Assembly: GCA_001600695.1 (NCBI GenBank)
Contig: BCKQ01000003.1
Location: 904,654-968,653, forward strand
DNA: 64,000 bases
Direction: 5' to 3'
From: Ascoidea asiatica JCM 7603
Taxonomy: Eukaryota; Fungi; Ascomycota
The stretch's first letter is position 1, and each line of letters opens with the position of its first letter. Under the pieces are notes generated by a model. It was not told the DNA's origin. It made no database searches and saw only the letters and a list, made by a program, of their open reading frames with translations. Of the stretch, positions 59,978-64,000 are shown piece after piece. Both the position numbers and the translations under genes were made by a program.

Positions 59978-60616
59978 TTATTTAGTATTCTCTTTGAGAA
60001 AGTTCTTGAAATTCTTAATTTCAAATTCTTCTTCATCCAAATACTTTTTCAAAACATCAATATTAACTCTATTATTAGAAACTTTAACCCATGAAAAATT
60101 TTTCTTTGGATTAAACATTAATTCACTAATTTTAATTATTGATTTTTTTAAATCTAATTTAAATTGTTTTAATTCTTTTTCATCTTTTGGAATATGATCA
60201 ACAGAAAATAAATATGTACCATTTATTGATTTTGTTAAATCATAGTTATTTTTTTCATAATTTTCTTTTATTATATTATTATATAATTCAATAAAATTTT
60301 TTTTAATTAATCTTCTTTCATAATTTCTCCAAGATGCATATTTAAATGGATTTAAACTTTTAGAAATAAAAACTTTTTTAGCTTTTCTTGGATCAATATC
60401 TAAATCTTTATCATTACCTTCATAATTATCTTTATATCTAATTTGATATGATGGTGATGTCTTTTGAAAAAATCCTATGAAATGAGATTTTGGTAAATAT
60501 GTTAAATCAAAATATGGTGATCTATATTGCAATTTGGAAAGATATGCAATTCTACTTGCGTAAAAATATTGAAAAGCAGATCCATTTATTCCCTTTATAT
60601 CTTTTATTAGATTCAT
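59978..60616 (-). CDS. Basic 212-aa protein; candidate bacterial-type RNase P protein (RnpA-like), possibly mitochondrial
   Basis: ORF is well supported; family call rests on the A-xx-RN-xx-RR-xx-K-xx-F motif (aa 94-108) and flanking elements in RnpA order. Confidence 0.5.
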   Translation of the reverse strand: MNLIKDIKGINGSAFQYFYASRIAYLSKLQYRSPYFDLTYLPKSHFIGFFQKTSPSYQIRYKDNYEGNDKDLDIDPRKAKKVFISKSLNPFKYASWRNYERRLIKKNFIELYNNIIKENYEKNNYDLTKSINGTYLFSVDHIPKDEKELKQFKLDLKKSIIKISELMFNPKKNFSWVKVSNNRVNIDVLKKYLDEEEFEIKNFKNFLKENTK

Positions 60617-60810
60617 ATCTATTCATAAATAATTTTAACTTTTATTCTTTCTCATTACCAAAATCAATCAAATCATCAGAAAGAAATATTTATTTTATTT
60701 TACAAAAAAAACATCAATCTGAAAAATATTAATAAAGTTCAGATTTTCACCGGTAAAGAACTTTGAAGTTTTTATATTCGCTGCCGGTGCTAAACACAAA
60801 CAATATGAAA

Positions 60811-60842
60811 ATACCAGGGCTTTAACCATAGAGCCCTGGTAT
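60811..60842. promoter_or_regulatory. Inverted repeat ATACCAGGGCT-N10-AGCCCTGGTAT; palindromic Tbf1-like site or hairpin
   Basis: Perfect 11-bp arms at 60811-60821 and 60832-60842. Confidence 0.55.
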
Positions 60843-60944
60843 CGACACTGAAAAAGATTACAAACTTTGCTTCTGTGAAGAGATAAAAAATAATATAATA
60901 AATATAAATGAAATAAGATGAAGTATAATGAAAGAAGAATTTAT

Positions 60945-63137
60945 TCAAGTTGATTTAACAGAAACTGTGAAGTTTTCACTACGACGAGCTGTGTCTGTTT
61001 TCATCAATTCTCTTAATGCCATTGTTGCATAAGTACTTACACCTAATTTCATTTTAAGAATCACAGCTAACTTTTCACCAACAGGATTACCTTCTGAATC
61101 TTTTTGTTGGGGTATTATTTGTTCAACAGTAAAATCTTTATTATCTTTATTTCTATTTTTCATTTTCAAAATATCCAAATCTGTATAAACTAATTGTTGA
61201 ATTTCACTATCATATTTTCTAATTGAATATTCTAATCCTTTTGGTTTCTCAATTAATAATCTATAACTACCTGCAAAAGAAAATTCTCTAATGTTTCTAA
61301 CCATTTTAAAAGGATCCAATCCATCTTTTTTCATAATATCTATATATACATTTCTTAATTTTTCATTTTCTGGATAAATTACATCAAATCCAGGTGATGG
61401 TAAAACAACATCATAAATTGTTTTACTACCTGATTTAATTTCTTCTTCAGTAACAGTTCTAGCACGGATAAATTCATCTTCTTTGATATCTTCTTCAAAA
61501 TCCATATCAACAATTTTTTCAACTTTTGCTTCTTCATCATTAATTATAACTAAATCTCCTGGAACAATTTTAAATCCAAATAATTCAATTCTTTTACTTG
61601 CAACTAAATTCCAAACATAACTTTGATAAGCATGTCCATACATTATTCTTAAATTTCTTGGAATTTTCATTATACAATTAAGATATGAACCTGAACTATA
61701 ACTACCATCATCTTGTTTCTTTTGATTATCTAACGTTTTTAAAATTGTATATTCTGCAACACATTTTCTAGGCATTTTTTTTAATGCTAAATATGGATTT
61801 TTTTTTTCTTTCCAAATCTTTCTTGCTTCTATTGAATCAGGTAAAGCTAATTCTTGTTCAGATAATATCAATTCACAAACAGCTTTCCAATCATTATTAA
61901 GTAATTTTACACCAATTTGATGAGTAGAAATTGAAAATGTTCCAAATCTTTGCATACCAAAATAATTTATAAAACCTTTATTTTTAAGAACATCCATTGA
62001 TTTTTTAATAGTTTCTTCTAATGAAATTTCTTTATTCATATTTTCATCAAGTAATCTAACATCTCTAATTGTAATTAAAAATTGATTACCTTTTAAATCT
62101 CCTAAACTTAATGGATTATCATTATATGAAAAAGATCCAAGTTTAATTCCTTTTAAAATTTTATTTAAAGAATTAACTCTTGCAACTTTCAATTTTTGAA
62201 TACATGCTGCTTGAACTGTTACACCTCTTCTATCCTTTGTACCTGCATAACGAATAGATTTAGATGGAATTCTTAAAAATTTAGCAAGTAAATTTGCAAC
62301 TTCCATTGTTTCTTTATTTTCCTTATATATTAAAAGATGTAAATAATTCTTTTGAGGACCTAAACCAAAATCATTCTCAGGTTTTACATTTTGCTTAGAT
62401 CTTCTTGATTTTTCATTTGAAAGTCCAACTTTGAATGTATTTGAAGATGTTGTAATAGTTTCAAGTTTACCTTTAAAAACTTCTCTTAAAGTTTTATGAA
62501 TTTCACTTCTTTTGGACTTTTCATTATATTGATTTGTTGTCTCAAAATTCGATCCATTTTGCAAAACTTCTAAAATTTTATTAAAGTTTTCTTCACCAAA
62601 AAGTTCAATTACTTTTGATTTTTGTTCTTCAGGTATATCTATTGTTTTTTTGTCAGAAGTTTCAGGTTTCTCAGATTTCGATTCTTCTAGATCTTTTTTT
62701 TCAACATTTTCACCATTTGCTTCTTCCTGTCTCTTCTTAAATTCCAATTGACGTCTTTCTGCTCTCTTTGTTTTGGAATTTTCAATAGGGAATCCATCAT
62801 TGTCTAAATGAAGAACTTTATCATCAAGATCAATTTCATTGACTAAAAAATCATTATATCTTTGTTTCAAGATACCTGTGAAAGGAATAATATCATCAGA
62901 TATGAATCGAGTAATTCCAACATCTTCTTCAAGGACTCCAATTGATGGATTTATTTTAAAGTCTGATTTTGTTTCTTCTCTTGAATTTAAAATAGTTTCA
63001 TCTAATTTTACTTTTTTAGTCTGTGGTTGATCATTATCGGTATCAGAATCTAGCTTACGTCCTGCCTGCACTATTTCAACTTCAGGTTTTTCCACTATGA
63101 CATCCTTCTGATGCTCTTCTTGGTCTAAATTACTCAT
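60945..63137 (-). CDS. PUS7: Multisubstrate pseudouridine synthase (TruD family)
   Basis: GILKQRYNDFLVNEI, YAGTKDRRGVTVQ, GFINYFGMQRFG, HAYQSYVWN, STYATMALRELMK. Confidence 0.97.
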   Translation of the reverse strand: MSNLDQEEHQKDVIVEKPEVEIVQAGRKLDSDTDNDQPQTKKVKLDETILNSREETKSDFKINPSIGVLEEDVGITRFISDDIIPFTGILKQRYNDFLVNEIDLDDKVLHLDNDGFPIENSKTKRAERRQLEFKKRQEEANGENVEKKDLEESKSEKPETSDKKTIDIPEEQKSKVIELFGEENFNKILEVLQNGSNFETTNQYNEKSKRSEIHKTLREVFKGKLETITTSSNTFKVGLSNEKSRRSKQNVKPENDFGLGPQKNYLHLLIYKENKETMEVANLLAKFLRIPSKSIRYAGTKDRRGVTVQAACIQKLKVARVNSLNKILKGIKLGSFSYNDNPLSLGDLKGNQFLITIRDVRLLDENMNKEISLEETIKKSMDVLKNKGFINYFGMQRFGTFSISTHQIGVKLLNNDWKAVCELILSEQELALPDSIEARKIWKEKKNPYLALKKMPRKCVAEYTILKTLDNQKKQDDGSYSSGSYLNCIMKIPRNLRIMYGHAYQSYVWNLVASKRIELFGFKIVPGDLVIINDEEAKVEKIVDMDFEEDIKEDEFIRARTVTEEEIKSGSKTIYDVVLPSPGFDVIYPENEKLRNVYIDIMKKDGLDPFKMVRNIREFSFAGSYRLLIEKPKGLEYSIRKYDSEIQQLVYTDLDILKMKNRNKDNKDFTVEQIIPQQKDSEGNPVGEKLAVILKMKLGVSTYATMALRELMKTDTARRSENFTVSVKST

Positions 63138-63229
63138 TGAAATGTTATGGAATCGAGTTATAAAGAATTCACCTCGATTTAAACTAGTTTCTTTTGATCT
63201 CTTTTCTTACAAATTCTGCAGAATCCAAT

Positions 63230-63258
63230 AAATTTTCAGTGGGCAAACTGAAAATTTT
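63230..63258. promoter_or_regulatory. Two RRPE-like elements upstream of PUS7
   Basis: AAATTTTCA at 63230 and TGAAAATTTT at 63249, about 100 bp from the ATG. Confidence 0.55.
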
Positions 63259-63590
63259 CGATTTCTAGAAACAAGCATAAACACGCATGAGTGCAAAACC
63301 ATTTACGTGGGTCTAATAGACCCACGATAATTTCATTTGAATCAACAAATAACTTACAAAAACTATCAAGTAAAGTTATAATTTTATTTTTATTATTATA
63401 TATCCTAAATACGAAACCATTATTAATAAAACATTTAAACCCAGATAAAAAAGTTAGAAAATATGTAATTGAAAGTCAAAAAAATTGTTAAAAAGTTCAG
63501 AAAAAAGTAGAAAAAAATAAATAATGAAATAATTTAATAATGAAAGTCTATGAAAAATGAAAAAATGAAAAATAAAGAGTTGATAAAAAT

Positions 63591-64000
63591 TTAATATTGA
63601 TACTGGTAATTATTTACTACCCCAACAGTATTATATCTAACTAAACCTGGATTGTAGTTAGTATATGCAGTATTATAAGAACCAGGAACGTTTCCATATG
63701 CACCTGGTGGATAATAATTATTTTGAGGTTGAGCATATGAATAACCATTATTAGAGTAAGAAGGATTGAAATTGTTTGTTCCATAAGGATTGACATTGCT
63801 TGCACTATTGTATCTTCTTGCAAGAAGAATATCAACGTTATTATAATTTAAAGGTTGAGTAATAGAATTTGCTCTTGATGAGGCTCCTGAAGTTTTAGAT
63901 GAAAGAGAATGTAAATCTAGTTGCTGACTTAAAGTATCATAATATTGAGATGGTAAAGAAAGATTTTTTCCTTGATCAAGGATTGAAGGAGTCCTTGAGT
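63591..64000 (-). CDS. 3' end of an unidentified gene running off the window; S-rich then N/Y/G/P-rich tail
   Basis: Frame open from 63998 to TAA at 63591: SRTPSILDQGKNLSLPSQYYD...NPYGTNNFNPSYSNNGYSYAQPQNNYYPPGAYGNVPGSYNTAY...NNYQYQY*. Confidence 0.75.
   Translation of the reverse strand, partial: SRTPSILDQGKNLSLPSQYYDTLSQQLDLHSLSSKTSGASSRANSITQPLNYNNVDILLARRYNSASNVNPYGTNNFNPSYSNNGYSYAQPQNNYYPPGAYGNVPGSYNTAYTNYNPGLVRYNTVGVVNNYQYQY

Noticed and set aside
1-64000. Alternative CUG decoding
   Set aside because: I saw no informative in-frame CTG at conserved positions and did not count exhaustively; scarcity is also expected from AT bias, so it cannot be judged here
1-64000. tRNA, rRNA, snRNA, CRISPR arrays, intact LTR or DNA transposons
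   Set aside because: None recognised by eye; tandem repeats lack spacers. tRNAscan-SE and Infernal would be needed to exclude small RNAs

Overview
A 64-kb stretch of very AT-rich, gene-dense budding-yeast (Saccharomycotina) nuclear DNA. The Asn/Lys/Ile-inflated proteins are reminiscent of Ascoidea-like genomes, but the species cannot be fixed from this window. It holds about 27 protein genes: EAF3, HTS1, TPC1, RPL1, a Cys-rich GPI protein, ECM3-like, GTB1, an F-box protein, MEP2, POM34, PSR1/2, FCP1, SPC105, NTG, PRP46, SSP2-like, COX16, TIM9, an FlbD-like Myb factor, FIG1-like, ROY1-like, an N/Q-rich SANT-like + Mug135-like protein, BXI1, PNT1/LETM1-like, a 212-aa orphan, PUS7 and a partial CDS at the right edge. 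TIM9 and the partial CDS are absent from the ORF track, and SSP2-like is split there; TIM9 and SSP2-like each have one intron. No tRNA, rRNA, CRISPR array or intact transposon was seen. The most striking observation is that the 212-aa orphan (59978-60616) carries a correctly spaced bacterial RNase P protein (RnpA) RNR motif in an RnpA-like element order, making it a candidate nuclear-encoded mitochondrial RNase P subunit. Other highlights are a His-rich leader in the His-tRNA synthetase, recurrent ATATACWGTAT motifs resembling Tc1/mariner excision footprints, a stop-containing intron in a meiotic gene, and an internal deletion in the Eaf3 MRG domain. All identifications come from recalled sequence motifs, not database searches.
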